A stretch of 64,000 bases of DNA, taken from positions 62,001 to 126,000 of IMG/VR virus record IMGVR_UViG_3300027759_004177; one strand, given 5' to 3'. Position numbers and translations under genes: made by a program. Below are positions 1 through 8,908 of this stretch, piece by piece. The notes under the pieces were generated by a model. It was not told the DNA's origin. It did not search any database and worked only from the letters and a program-made list of their open reading frames with translations. Each line of letters begins with the position of its first letter. Positions within the stretch are counted from its first letter, which is position 1.

Positions 1-15
1 GATATTGTTGGCTAT

Positions 16-390
16 TTAGTTTGGGAGATCAAAATAGCGACGAGTTGTCAACAACCATCCAATTTGGTTAAAGTCCGACTCTACTTCTTCTGTCACATAG
101 CTTTCTTCAACAAAGCCGGTAAAGTCTGTGCCTTGAAATCCGGTGCCTGAGCAGTACCAATCTATGTAACTGTCGTCTTCTCGGATGTCAGCTACAATGC
201 TGGCCGCATAACGCCAGGTGCAGTCCCAATGTATATTTTTAAGTATACCCCAGACATCTTCAGGAACATATTCATTGTTGCAAAGTGCGGCATATAAATT
301 TTGGGCATAGATTTCTTGCTGTCGTACTTTGGATATGATCCAATCTGTACTACGGATATCACGCTCAAGATTAAAAACTCTGCGACCCAT
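16..390 (-). CDS. conserved phage hypothetical protein (paralog of 2407..2811)
   Basis: YAQNLYAALCN...WR.A..IVA...YIDWYCSG shared with 2407..2811; TAAATA 4 nt upstream of ATG. Confidence 0.8.
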   Translation of the reverse strand: MGRRVFNLERDIRSTDWIISKVRQQEIYAQNLYAALCNNEYVPEDVWGILKNIHWDCTWRYAASIVADIREDDSYIDWYCSGTGFQGTDFTGFVEESYVTEEVESDFNQIGWLLTTRRYFDLPN

Positions 391-410
391 AAAGTATTTA
401 ATTGGCTCAT

Positions 411-440
411 AAAAAAAGCACCGCGAACGGTGCTTTTTTT
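411..440. terminator. intrinsic terminator (bidirectional-looking)
   Basis: AAAAAAAGCACCG-cgaa-CGGTGCTTTTTTT. Confidence 0.85.
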
Positions 441-458
441 GACAGTTTTGTTACAGTA

Positions 459-725
459 TTACACTAAACCAGCTGCCAATGCTTTGTAACCAGCAGCAAC
501 CAAACGACGGCTTGGTTTGCCATGACGATATTCAGTTACAGCAACACCGTTGCCTGCCACACGCTTGTTGCCATAGATAGCAAAACCAGCATGACGAATG
601 TCGCTGATTGTAGCGGTTGGGTTCTTGATGGAGAAACGCTTGGCGATTTGGCTCGCTGTCAAAGTTTCACCCTTTAATACTAGTGCGTTAAACAACTTAC
701 CTTGTTTTGTTGAAAGATCAAACAT
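459..725 (-). CDS. small winged-HTH DNA-binding protein
   Basis: LTASQIAKRFSIKNPTATISDIR HTH-like; AGGA SD; promoter at 773-801. Confidence 0.65.
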   Translation of the reverse strand: MFDLSTKQGKLFNALVLKGETLTASQIAKRFSIKNPTATISDIRHAGFAIYGNKRVAGNGVAVTEYRHGKPSRRLVAAGYKALAAGLV

Positions 726-772
726 GTTAATTTCCTTTTAAGTTAAACGCTGTTAATCAACAGCATGAATGT

Positions 773-801
773 ATTATGCACTATTTTTTTGGATCTTGCA
801 A
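773..801 (-). promoter_or_regulatory. sigma70-type promoter
   Basis: TTGCAA-17bp-CATAAT. Confidence 0.6.
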
Positions 802-936
802 CAACTAATTTTACCAAACTGTCAATTTTACCATTGTTTGGCGTATTTGTAAACCAAGTGTACCGGGCCAGCGTTAAATACATTATCCAGGGTCATAACC
901 TTGGGTATTTCAATTAACCTTATGAGGAAATATAAA

Positions 937-1077
937 ATGAAATCATTAATCACTTTAATCGCAACCGCTTTTGCTGTAACCGCTTTTGCTCAGGCACCAG
1001 CCAAAAAAGAAGAGCCAAAGAAAGATGCCCCAAAAGCTGAAGCTAAGAAAGAAGAGAAAAAAGACGCTAAGAAGTAA
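937..1077 (+). CDS. 46-aa secreted Lys/Glu/Ala-rich peptide (not in ORF track)
   Basis: GAGG SD; MKSLITLIATAFAVTAFA signal peptide then QAPAKKEEPKKDAPKAEAKKEEKKDAKK; terminator follows. Confidence 0.8.
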   Translation: MKSLITLIATAFAVTAFAQAPAKKEEPKKDAPKAEAKKEEKKDAKK

Positions 1078-1090
1078 TTCTTGCTGTCTT

Positions 1091-1117
1091 AAAAAAACCG
1101 CCTTCGGGCGGTTTTTT
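1091..1117. terminator. bidirectional intrinsic terminator
   Basis: AAAAAAACCGCC-ttcg-GGCGGTTTTTT between convergent genes. Confidence 0.9.
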
Positions 1118-1129
1118 ATTGTCTGCTGT

Positions 1130-1930
1130 TTATTTGTAAAGTATTTCGTCTGGTACCGAATTAATAAAAGATACTTGAAAGTTGGTTCTGGTATCCGTCA
1201 TATGATCAATGCCATGAAGAATTCTAGTATTGACCAGGCACCAACAACGTTTGAGTTCTTCGTCTGTGCTACGGTAAGCATCAACCACAGTCAATTTGGA
1301 GTTATCAAAACGTCTAACTCCGCGGTCACGGATCAGCGGCTCTCCATGCTCTTGCCAGTAGTATAAAGTGGTATCGGGGCCACCTTTTCTAAAACAGTAA
1401 ATCAACACAAAATCTCTTGTTAGATCAGCATGTGCTCCAACTGTGGGCTGTTCCGGTGTTCCTTTGGCAAAAAACAAACCTGTGTTTAAAAAGTTATCGG
1501 TTAGATTTTCTTTGACCCAAACACTAAATTCATCCTCGGCTGGCAGATCTTCCTTGGCCATGCCAGGATTTACCAATTGGCTAAAACTCACTCGAGCTTG
1601 ATGTGCGGCTCTAAAAGTACGCCCGTCCCAACTTAGTTCGTCTGTGTCTTTGCCAATAACACGGCCATTTATACCGCTGAATAGCCCGCTCCATTCGGGA
1701 TTGGGTGCCGCCAATGCACGATCAATCATGTGTTGTGGGGGAATAGGCAAATGATCCAGCAGTTTGTAACCCCAAGTTGGTATTACAGCGTTGGGATCGG
1801 TAGTTGCACCATAAGCATACACGCCACGCTTGGTACTTTTTTTACTTTCTTCTACCTGGGTATCAAGGTACAGTATTTCCGTGTTTTTGTAGTCTTCTGC
1901 GGTGACAACTTCTGTGTCTTTGTATTCCAT
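1130..1930 (-). CDS. putative Fe(II)/2OG-oxygenase-like protein
   Basis: HAD...LHGI facial-triad pattern; AGGAG SD. Confidence 0.55.
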   Translation of the reverse strand: MEYKDTEVVTAEDYKNTEILYLDTQVEESKKSTKRGVYAYGATTDPNAVIPTWGYKLLDHLPIPPQHMIDRALAAPNPEWSGLFSGINGRVIGKDTDELSWDGRTFRAAHQARVSFSQLVNPGMAKEDLPAEDEFSVWVKENLTDNFLNTGLFFAKGTPEQPTVGAHADLTRDFVLIYCFRKGGPDTTLYYWQEHGEPLIRDRGVRRFDNSKLTVVDAYRSTDEELKRCWCLVNTRILHGIDHMTDTRTNFQVSFINSVPDEILYK

Positions 1931-2002
1931 GTTTTACTCCTGAAAATATATAGAACTATATATATTTACTTATGCAATCTGAAGTAAAATGCAAATACAA
2001 TC

Positions 2003-2164
2003 TCAATCTGAATTTTTGCTTCTAGTGGACCTGGTTTTGCCAATGTTTTCTTCGGCTTTGACATAACCACGGATAAAATCGCGGCGGCGAGCTGGATCAG
2101 TTATGGTTGCGGCCACTCGTTTTACTGATTTTGATACTTTTACTGCACGTGGATCGTATGACAT
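2003..2164 (-). CDS. 53-aa basic hypothetical protein
   Basis: MSYDPRAVKVSKSVKRVAA...; AGGA SD; abuts upstream gene. Confidence 0.6.
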   Translation of the reverse strand: MSYDPRAVKVSKSVKRVAATITDPARRRDFIRGYVKAEENIGKTRSTRSKNSD

Positions 2165-2165
2165 T

Positions 2166-2402
2166 TTAATTTCCTTTGAGGTTGTCTAATACCAATTGTT
2201 TACTGCGTTCTACATCATCCAGGGCCATAGCCAACAGCATTCTGGATCCTAAAATATTAACTGTTTCAAGTATAACACTATTGCCCACTGCTGTCAAATG
2301 GCAATAATCTGGACCCACAGTTGACTGATAAAAGTATTTTGGGTCTTGTAATACTTCCTTGATACTGCCAATCAACAGTTTTTCTATGTCTTGTGTTTTC
2401 AT
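2166..2402 (-). CDS. hypothetical protein
   Basis: ORF in tightly packed operon. Confidence 0.7.
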   Translation of the reverse strand: MKTQDIEKLLIGSIKEVLQDPKYFYQSTVGPDYCHLTAVGNSVILETVNILGSRMLLAMALDDVERSKQLVLDNLKGN

Positions 2403-2406
2403 TTGA

Positions 2407-2811
2407 TCAATCCTTGTCTTTGGGCCATTCGCTTGGATGCCAACCTAACGTCGCAAGATCTGCACGTATCTCATCTGTAACAGTTCCTTCGGGCACATAA
2501 CTTTTTGGTCGTTCAATCCAACGTCCGGTGTCGGGAGTCTCATCACCCATTCCCGAACAATACCAATCCATGTAATCACCACCACGTGCCTCCAGTGTGG
2601 CCACGATACCACCGGCACCACGCCAACTACATGACCAGTATTCGTCTTTGAGAATCGGAACAACATCAGCAGGTTGCCAACGCATGTTGCATAGTGCAGC
2701 ATATACGTTTTGGGCATAGACCTTGTCAGACCGGACCTTGTCTTTGAACCACTGTGAGTCCTGCATGTCTCGTTGTAAATCTCTATCCAAGGATTCGCAC
2801 CTCTCGGACAT
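2407..2811 (-). CDS. conserved phage hypothetical protein (paralog of 16..390)
   Basis: YAQNVYAALCN...YMDWYCSG; start moved to MSERC to avoid a long overlap. Confidence 0.75.
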   Translation of the reverse strand: MSERCESLDRDLQRDMQDSQWFKDKVRSDKVYAQNVYAALCNMRWQPADVVPILKDEYWSCSWRGAGGIVATLEARGGDYMDWYCSGMGDETPDTGRWIERPKSYVPEGTVTDEIRADLATLGWHPSEWPKDKD

Positions 2812-3085
2812 TGGCGGTTTTAAAAGCCCGCCACTCATTTTTATCCAAACACCAAACTGTAATGGTCTCGGGTTTATATAGTCGGGTTTCATGCAACTTG
2901 TCAGCATCACGTTTGGGCATGGACTCTTTACGCAAAGTACAGGGCATAGTACGGACAGTACCATCCTTCTTGACAAAGGTCACTTCGCAATCGTGTTCGT
3001 ACAGCAAGTGAGTGATCTCACGCTCACGATCTCTGATATCTAAATCTTCTACTACGACATTTTCGTACACAATATGATATGTCAT
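2783..3085 (-). CDS. WYL-like/SH3-fold phage protein (DUF2693-like)
   Basis: VTFVKKDGTVRTMPCTL...VWCLDKNEWRAFK pattern. Confidence 0.65.
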   Translation of the reverse strand: MTYHIVYENVVVEDLDIRDREREITHLLYEHDCEVTFVKKDGTVRTMPCTLRKESMPKRDADKLHETRLYKPETITVWCLDKNEWRAFKTANVREVRILG

Positions 3086-3255
3086 TTTGTTTCTTTTCTT
3101 TTTAGTGTCCAAGTGCCATCCTTGTTGTCAATCCACTCAATGGCATCACCTTCTGCCCAGCCCAGCTCTTTGCAAGCCTCGCCGATATCCAACAACATTT
3201 CACCTGGGTGATCAGGATCTTCTACTATGGTTGTAATCCAGCTGAGTCTTGTCAT
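3082..3255 (-). CDS. AbrB/SpoVT-like small DNA-binding protein
   Basis: LLDI...ELGWAEGDAIEW..DG...L pattern. Confidence 0.55.
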   Translation of the reverse strand: MTRLSWITTIVEDPDHPGEMLLDIGEACKELGWAEGDAIEWIDNKDGTWTLKRKETK

Positions 3256-3632
3256 TGGGTGTTTTCCTTTTCTATACCAGAGTTGATCCATTGTTGTAAC
3301 GGATCGTAGTCTAGGTTGGCCCAGTCCGTTGACCCAGGCATGATTTCCATTCGGGCACCTTGGCTGGGCATCTTGTCAATGAAACCTTGTAGCACACGGC
3401 CACCATACCCATTGGTGCCATAGGATCCCTTATGGCAACTGTACACAGATCCTGAGTAGCCTTTAAACTCCCAACGGTTGTCAACAAGTGTGGCTTGAGT
3501 GATACCCGAGTTCATCTGCCAACTGTCTGATCCAGTATAACCACCGTGCCAACAAGCAAACACTTTATACAAGTGTTCTTTGGCGGTGACTATCTTTACA
3601 ACAACCCAACGGTCTGGTATGTGCTCGCTCAT
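3252..3632 (-). CDS. conserved phage hypothetical protein
   Basis: PDRWVVVKI...W.GGY.GSDSW.MNSGI; 4-nt overlaps with neighbours. Confidence 0.75.
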   Translation of the reverse strand: MSEHIPDRWVVVKIVTAKEHLYKVFACWHGGYTGSDSWQMNSGITQATLVDNRWEFKGYSGSVYSCHKGSYGTNGYGGRVLQGFIDKMPSQGARMEIMPGSTDWANLDYDPLQQWINSGIEKENTQ

Positions 3633-4552
3633 TCAATCTCCAAGTACTGTAGTTTAAACCAGTCTGCACTGGCTTCATGTCCAATATAACCACGTGGGTT
3701 ACATACCACCCTAGTTTCGCCAATCCAGTAGTTGAAGTTATAATGCGTATGACCATGCAACCAATAACGAATCTGTGGGCGAGCTTCAATAAACGCATCC
3801 AGGCTACTACGGAATGCGGCATTCAACAGGTTACCTTTGTATTGTTCCGCCACACTCGACTCACTGGGACAATGATGTCCTACCACAACATAGCTACCCG
3901 GGTCACGAGTCGCATGATCAACATAATCTAACATTTTCCTGTGATCGATAACACTATCTTCCGGAGTCCAACGTGCTGGTTCTTCTTTGCTCTTGTAGCC
4001 TGTACGAATCATGGCACCTTTATTATCAAGTTGATACTGTCCACCATTTAGACCATCACCGGTCCATAGCGGATTCCGTTCGTAAATGGGAACTTGACGA
4101 ACTACCATCCTATTACTGTTTAACACTTCGCGGAAGTCGTTCATGGCACTTTGAGCATAGCTCATAGCCTCTCCATCTTCCTGGTTCATATCAGTCCACA
4201 GGGTGCCACCAACAAAGGTGTGCCCTTGATACCGCCATGTTTCTTTTTCAAGAATGTGTAAGTTGCCGTAGTCTAAATGTTCTCGAAGAATGTTTTCAGT
4301 ATAAGCCACATCACCTGAGTAGTGTTCATGATTGCCCATGATGTAAACTACCTCAGGAAATTCCCGACACACATGATCAAAAAACTGCCTGTACTCTCGG
4401 GCCAGGTGCTGAACGTAGGTGGGATTACGATCAGTAAAGTGTTTGGCCACACAGATGTCGCCGGCCAACACCAATACATCAGCACCTTCTGTGTTGTCTA
4501 ACACAATAGGTCCAAACTCTAAATGTATATCACTGCCTAGTGCTATTTTCAA
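3629..4552 (-). CDS. calcineurin-like metallophosphoesterase
   Basis: SDIH, AGD, GNHE, HH.P, HGHTH motifs. Confidence 0.9.
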   Translation of the reverse strand: MKIALGSDIHLEFGPIVLDNTEGADVLVLAGDICVAKHFTDRNPTYVQHLAREYRQFFDHVCREFPEVVYIMGNHEHYSGDVAYTENILREHLDYGNLHILEKETWRYQGHTFVGGTLWTDMNQEDGEAMSYAQSAMNDFREVLNSNRMVVRQVPIYERNPLWTGDGLNGGQYQLDNKGAMIRTGYKSKEEPARWTPEDSVIDHRKMLDYVDHATRDPGSYVVVGHHCPSESSVAEQYKGNLLNAAFRSSLDAFIEARPQIRYWLHGHTHYNFNYWIGETRVVCNPRGYIGHEASADWFKLQYLEIE

Positions 4553-4554
4553 TT

Positions 4555-5865
4555 TTATATTTTCTCTCCGGCTTCAAACCCTCTAAATCCCTTGAATCTA
4601 GGAAATCTCAACGAGTACGATCCATCTTGATTTTGCGTAACAGCGTCGGCACGTACTTCAACAATATTGCCAATGATACTGTCAGCGTTGTCCCAATAAG
4701 TAACACGATCAGCATCTGTAAGTCCGCTTCCAACATTGGTCCTAATAAGTTTACCATCATCTTCTCCTTCTACTATTATAGCACCTAACTTGCCTTGATT
4801 GCGACCAGTTCCTTCTTCAACTCCAATCACAGTCAAACTAACTTCAATATAGGGTTTTTGTTTTAACCAAGCGGTACTGCGTTTACATTCATATCCTGCG
4901 TTGGGGTCTTTGATCATAATACCTTCATATCCACCAGTGATAGCATCGGCGTTAATACGTCCAAATCTACGACGACCGCCCTGCGAATCTAAATCTACCA
5001 GTTCATGTCCCAAAATAGCCACGTTAGGCATATGGTCCGCAATAGGAGCATACCAAGCACGTAACGAATTGCTACGATCCACTTGTGGTACTGAACTGGA
5101 GCCAGCTTGGAAATCTTTTAATGTTAAAATATCAAACAGGTGTAACACCGCATCTGATGCGGCCACATCCGTTTTACGATGCACTTGACGCATTAGGTCT
5201 TGGAAACTGCTACTCATTACTTCGCCATCAAACACCATTGGCTCTCGCAATAGTCGGGCATGCTTGGCAAACTGACGCTTGATGTGCTCAAAGTTTACCA
5301 GTTCCTTGCCATTACGACTATACTGATCAACATGCCCACTTGGATAGACGATAGTAATAACACGCACTCCGTCCAGCTTAACTTCCACCAATTTTGAGCC
5401 TGACACTTTGCTTTCATGATTAGCACCATCGTGAGCAAGTTGGCAACTAAAAACAGGTACAATATATTTTCCATATTTCTTTCCTACTACAGAGTTGACG
5501 GTTTTTTCTGAGACACCACAGCGTAAATCCTTGATCAAGATTCTTCTATACCAATGATTCCATTCGGCTTCTGTTGCATTCAAACGCATGTGATTGACTG
5601 CGGTAATGGCTGCATTGCCAGTGAGCTCTCTGCGTGACAACTGTTCAGCTGTGGCCCAAAACGTTTCTGGTTTTAATCCCCGACCATCACCGGATTTTTC
5701 TTCTACCTTGCGTATTCCAAATGTGACCATTGAGTCCAACGCCCACCGAGCACCTTTAAAGAACTCGTCATTACCGGCCTCTGCTTCACGCTCAACTACA
5801 CCTTCCTTGAACAAGCGACTGTTATCGCTTTCAAGTTCTTGTACCACCTGCCAGGGTTTAAGCAT
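4555..5865 (-). CDS. ATP-dependent DNA ligase
   Basis: KLDGVR (motif I), FDGEV, EGIMIK, WLKQK, SLRFPRF. Confidence 0.95.
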   Translation of the reverse strand: MLKPWQVVQELESDNSRLFKEGVVEREAEAGNDEFFKGARWALDSMVTFGIRKVEEKSGDGRGLKPETFWATAEQLSRRELTGNAAITAVNHMRLNATEAEWNHWYRRILIKDLRCGVSEKTVNSVVGKKYGKYIVPVFSCQLAHDGANHESKVSGSKLVEVKLDGVRVITIVYPSGHVDQYSRNGKELVNFEHIKRQFAKHARLLREPMVFDGEVMSSSFQDLMRQVHRKTDVAASDAVLHLFDILTLKDFQAGSSSVPQVDRSNSLRAWYAPIADHMPNVAILGHELVDLDSQGGRRRFGRINADAITGGYEGIMIKDPNAGYECKRSTAWLKQKPYIEVSLTVIGVEEGTGRNQGKLGAIIVEGEDDGKLIRTNVGSGLTDADRVTYWDNADSIIGNIVEVRADAVTQNQDGSYSLRFPRFKGFRGFEAGEKI

Positions 5866-6496
5866 CTTTCTTTACCTCATGTGGGACAAGCCCGGTTTGT
5901 TCTACTCCATCCTTGTACCAAGTGGTAACTTCATCTTCGTTTTCAGCTTCGTATTCGGCCATGCTTTCACTGATACCAAACGCATCATCCAGTTCTGGTG
6001 GCAACTGCTGTTGTACATCGCCCGAATCCATCTCAGACAAATCATAGTAATCATCTGAGCCATCTTCAAAAATACCAGCAAAGGCGCATCCAGATTCGTA
6101 ATAGGTTGCGTAGACAGTAAAACCCAGGTCTAGCAACTTCTCGTAAGCCGCAATAGGTGGGCTCCAGGCCGAATCAAAGTAAACGATGAGTTCGTGATCG
6201 TCCCAGGTTTGGATACCTTGTCCGTCGCCCACGTCCCACTTGGTGCCCCATTCGTTTACACAGAAGTCGTACCAGTTACCATAACCATGTTTTTCTATAT
6301 TGGCCTGGGTCTGTGTTACCAAACGGTCCTGTTGTTCTGGATCGTTGTGACTACCGGCCACGGTTTCGTTGAGGTCCTGGGGCACAGGAATAAACTCACT
6401 CAAGAAACGACCTTCAGCAAAGGCTGCTTTGGCACGAACAATCATTTCGGGATCTTCGTGAGTGATAGTTAGGGTATTACCACACCAATTAGGCAT
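5858..6496 (-). CDS. DUF1281/YubB-like ferredoxin-fold protein
   Basis: MPNWC.N.L, NWYDF....WGTKWD, FDSAWSPP. Confidence 0.7.
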   Translation of the reverse strand: MPNWCGNTLTITHEDPEMIVRAKAAFAEGRFLSEFIPVPQDLNETVAGSHNDPEQQDRLVTQTQANIEKHGYGNWYDFCVNEWGTKWDVGDGQGIQTWDDHELIVYFDSAWSPPIAAYEKLLDLGFTVYATYYESGCAFAGIFEDGSDDYYDLSEMDSGDVQQQLPPELDDAFGISESMAEYEAENEDEVTTWYKDGVEQTGLVPHEVKKDA

Positions 6497-6656
6497 TTTG
6501 ACTCCTTTGATATTTGAATTCTCGTTTCAACCAATACTTGTACATTTGAAAATACTGTTCTTGTGTATAACGCATTTCGCCATACTCTGCACGTTCATCA
6601 CAATTACGCAACCACAACTCGTGCAACCATCTGCGGAAATCTGTAGTCTTAGACAT
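6489..6656 (-). CDS. 55-aa hypothetical protein
   Basis: MSKTTDFRRWLHELW...; fills gap with stop/start overlaps. Confidence 0.65.
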   Translation of the reverse strand: MSKTTDFRRWLHELWLRNCDERAEYGEMRYTQEQYFQMYKYWLKREFKYQRSQNA

Positions 6657-7093
6657 TATGCTGTCTCCGGGCTCAAAACTTCGTGCAAGGGTTTAAAATT
6701 GTTTCGATGATTCTGGCTCACATACCAAACACCGTGGTCATACAGATAATAGTATTCAGCACCACAACCGTCGTAGTATTCAAGAAAATCTGTTTCGGTG
6801 GCAAAAGATTTAAAATCTGTATTGTCCTCGCCGCGATCACGACCGTAAAAGGTACATTGAGTAGCGATCCACTCATCAATATATTCACAGCGATCATTGA
6901 ATGGGTGTTTTTCACCAATGTCAGCACCTATGCAACTCATATCTCCCTGGGCAATCAATCGATTAACCTTGGGCGAACTTTGATAGTAGGTGTGTAATGC
7001 ACGACCCAGGTGTTCGACGTAACCATCGTAGTGGCAATAGACAGCTTTGATTCTATCACCGTGTTTGATACCAATTGCTGAACGTGTAGCCAT
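6656..7093 (-). CDS. conserved phage hypothetical protein
   Basis: MATRSAIG...YCHYDGY...EYYYLY family pattern. Confidence 0.8.
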   Translation of the reverse strand: MATRSAIGIKHGDRIKAVYCHYDGYVEHLGRALHTYYQSSPKVNRLIAQGDMSCIGADIGEKHPFNDRCEYIDEWIATQCTFYGRDRGEDNTDFKSFATETDFLEYYDGCGAEYYYLYDHGVWYVSQNHRNNFKPLHEVLSPETA

Positions 7094-7443
7094 TACGCCT
7101 GCTCCTCTACTTGTTTGACATGTTTACAGTCGCCGCGATATGTATATCCAGGACATGTACATTTTAACATATTATCTATTTTCTGGACAACATATTCGTT
7201 GCCTTTACTGCCCATAAATTTCCAAGTTTCTGCTTTTACCGGGTCCAAATCAATTTCACCCAGCTCTTTGACTTCTACAAACTGACGACCACGAGTATCA
7301 AAACGATATGGCTTTTTAAATGTTTCAGCAACATCAGTACCACGTCGGATGTAACCGTACATCTTGCTTTTATCTGTGCTCAACAAATAAACATGGTTTG
7401 GGACGTTGCCATCCCAAACTGTAGTTTCACGATAAAATTTCAT
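7093..7443 (-). CDS. SWIM zinc-finger protein
   Basis: CTCPGYTYRGDCKH. Confidence 0.75.
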   Translation of the reverse strand: MKFYRETTVWDGNVPNHVYLLSTDKSKMYGYIRRGTDVAETFKKPYRFDTRGRQFVEVKELGEIDLDPVKAETWKFMGSKGNEYVVQKIDNMLKCTCPGYTYRGDCKHVKQVEEQA

Positions 7444-7790
7444 TAGTCTAATCGGCTACCTGCGTATGCACGGAAACCATACTTCTCAAAAACCTTTGCG
7501 GCCGCTTCGGCACCTGCTTCAAGGGTGTCGATATTTTGCACACCCATTTCCGACGGATTCCAGATCTGGTAACTGCCGGTATAGCTCTTGCGGATACCTG
7601 CGGCCTTGAATGCCTTGCCAAGACGGGTGTTGCCTTTGACACCGTAGATGTCAACCCAGGCAAAACCGCACGAGTATTGATCTTTGCCACCCAGCTTCTC
7701 CTGGAAGTATTTTTCGGCAGCTTCGCGGGCGGCCTGCTTGGCTTCGTTTACGATGGTGTTCACTTGGATGATGTTGTTGATTTCAGTCAT
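7443..7790 (-). CDS. conserved phage hypothetical protein
   Basis: CGFAWV...SRLD; AAGGAG SD; promoter directly upstream. Confidence 0.8.
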   Translation of the reverse strand: MTEINNIIQVNTIVNEAKQAAREAAEKYFQEKLGGKDQYSCGFAWVDIYGVKGNTRLGKAFKAAGIRKSYTGSYQIWNPSEMGVQNIDTLEAGAEAAAKVFEKYGFRAYAGSRLD

Positions 7791-7819
7791 TCTAGCTCCT
7801 TATTAGTTAATATACAAGT

Positions 7820-7848
7820 ATTATACATTTAATTGAATTTTGGGTCAA
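7820..7848 (-). promoter_or_regulatory. early sigma70 promoter
   Basis: TTGACC-17bp-TATAAT. Confidence 0.85.
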
Positions 7849-7866
7849 CCGGGCAGGTTAGTGCCC
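7835..7866. repeat. 32-bp dispersed repeat (-35 box plus GGGCA/TGCCC hairpin), copy 1
   Basis: GAATTTTGGGTCAACCGGGCAGGTTAGTGCCC identical to 30640..30671. Confidence 0.9.
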
Positions 7867-8067
7867 ACTGACATACTGCACTTTCATCTGTTTAAGATAA
7901 CTATCAGTGGCACAAAGACGGGTGATACTGCGACCAGCACTGGCAATGTCAATCCAAGGAATCACTTTTCCAGCGGCATTTAGGTTTAAAACAATGTTGA
8001 CTATTTCACCGTCGAGTTCACCAGCACGGCTAACCCAGGTAATTCTATTTCCGATTTCTAGTTTCAT
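7858..8067 (-). CDS. hypothetical protein
   Basis: AAGGAG SD, own promoter. Confidence 0.75.
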   Translation of the reverse strand: MKLEIGNRITWVSRAGELDGEIVNIVLNLNAAGKVIPWIDIASAGRSITRLCATDSYLKQMKVQYVSGH

Positions 8068-8096
8068 TTTGACTCCTTTTTATTGACTATACAAGT

Positions 8097-8125
8097 ATTA
8101 TACTATTTTGGTATTTTTGAGTCAA
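8097..8125 (-). promoter_or_regulatory. early sigma70 promoter
   Basis: TTGACT-17bp-TATAAT. Confidence 0.85.
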
Positions 8126-8127
8126 CC

Positions 8128-8158
8128 AAAAAAAAACCCTACAAACTGTAGGGTTTTT
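8128..8158 (-). terminator. intrinsic terminator
   Basis: AAAAACCCTACA-aac-TGTAGGGTTTTT. Confidence 0.7.
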
Positions 8159-8160
8159 GG

Positions 8161-8178
8161 TGTTGTTTTTAGGCAACA
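8161..8178. promoter_or_regulatory. palindromic operator-like site TGTTG-N8-CAACA
   Basis: same site at 19262 and 31058, each upstream of an early promoter. Confidence 0.55.
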
Positions 8179-8183
8179 TCACA

Positions 8184-8891
8184 CTATTTGTCAAATGAAT
8201 TATAATCAATTTCAAATGGTGTATCTGCGTCAATAAACTGCGTCAAACGATCTGTTTTGAATCCGCTCAATCGCAACAATGCTCTAGTCCAGTAACCAAA
8301 ATTCATGGTGGCGTGTATGCCAGATTCTTTGTAGTGTTCCCAATAGGCAACTTCTCCGGCTTTCCAACGAGCCCACCATTGGTCTTGGTTGGTTTTTTCA
8401 TCATAAAACCAGATCAACTGTCCAGGCTTCCAATCTTCCAGCATGATCAACACACGACCCACTGAATTTTGATTGTCGTAAAATCTTTGGATTTCTTCGT
8501 CGGTAAAATCGTTTTTGCTCAAGGCTTGATCGCCAGAAGTAATATAACCCAGTTCGAGATTATCATTGTGTATGGGAATCATACAACCAGGTTGCAATAC
8601 CTGCACACGCCCGCCGGGTTTATGAAACCCCAGTATGTCACCTATACGATGCATCACTGACAAATCGGTCACAGTCCATTTGGTAGGATCTGGTGGGTCA
8701 GAAATTGTAACATCAACCTTGGGGTATCCATATTTTTCTACTAGATAATCCACTGGCCATTGGCGTGCTGCGATCTTGGCTTTTCTTAAAAAATCTGGTG
8801 AATTGGCCAAGGTGTTGGCACCCACAGTTTCTTTGGTCCAGGTCGTGAAATCTGGTATGTTTTTGATATGACCGATTATTTTATAACTCAT
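8184..8891 (-). CDS. putative Fe(II)/2OG-oxygenase/cupin-like protein
   Basis: PIHND...LEDWKPG...IHATMN; similar to 35762..36268. Confidence 0.6.
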   Translation of the reverse strand: MSYKIIGHIKNIPDFTTWTKETVGANTLANSPDFLRKAKIAARQWPVDYLVEKYGYPKVDVTISDPPDPTKWTVTDLSVMHRIGDILGFHKPGGRVQVLQPGCMIPIHNDNLELGYITSGDQALSKNDFTDEEIQRFYDNQNSVGRVLIMLEDWKPGQLIWFYDEKTNQDQWWARWKAGEVAYWEHYKESGIHATMNFGYWTRALLRLSGFKTDRLTQFIDADTPFEIDYNSFDK

Positions 8892-8908
8892 ATAATTATT
8901 TATCTTGT

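Noticed and set aside
986-1366. 126-aa plus-strand ORF from the track
   Set aside because: Wrong frame of the 937..1077 peptide; it crosses a terminator and overlaps a minus-strand gene
8161-8178. LexA SOS box
   Set aside because: TGTTG-N8-CAACA does not fit CTGT-N8-ACAG; kept as an unknown operator
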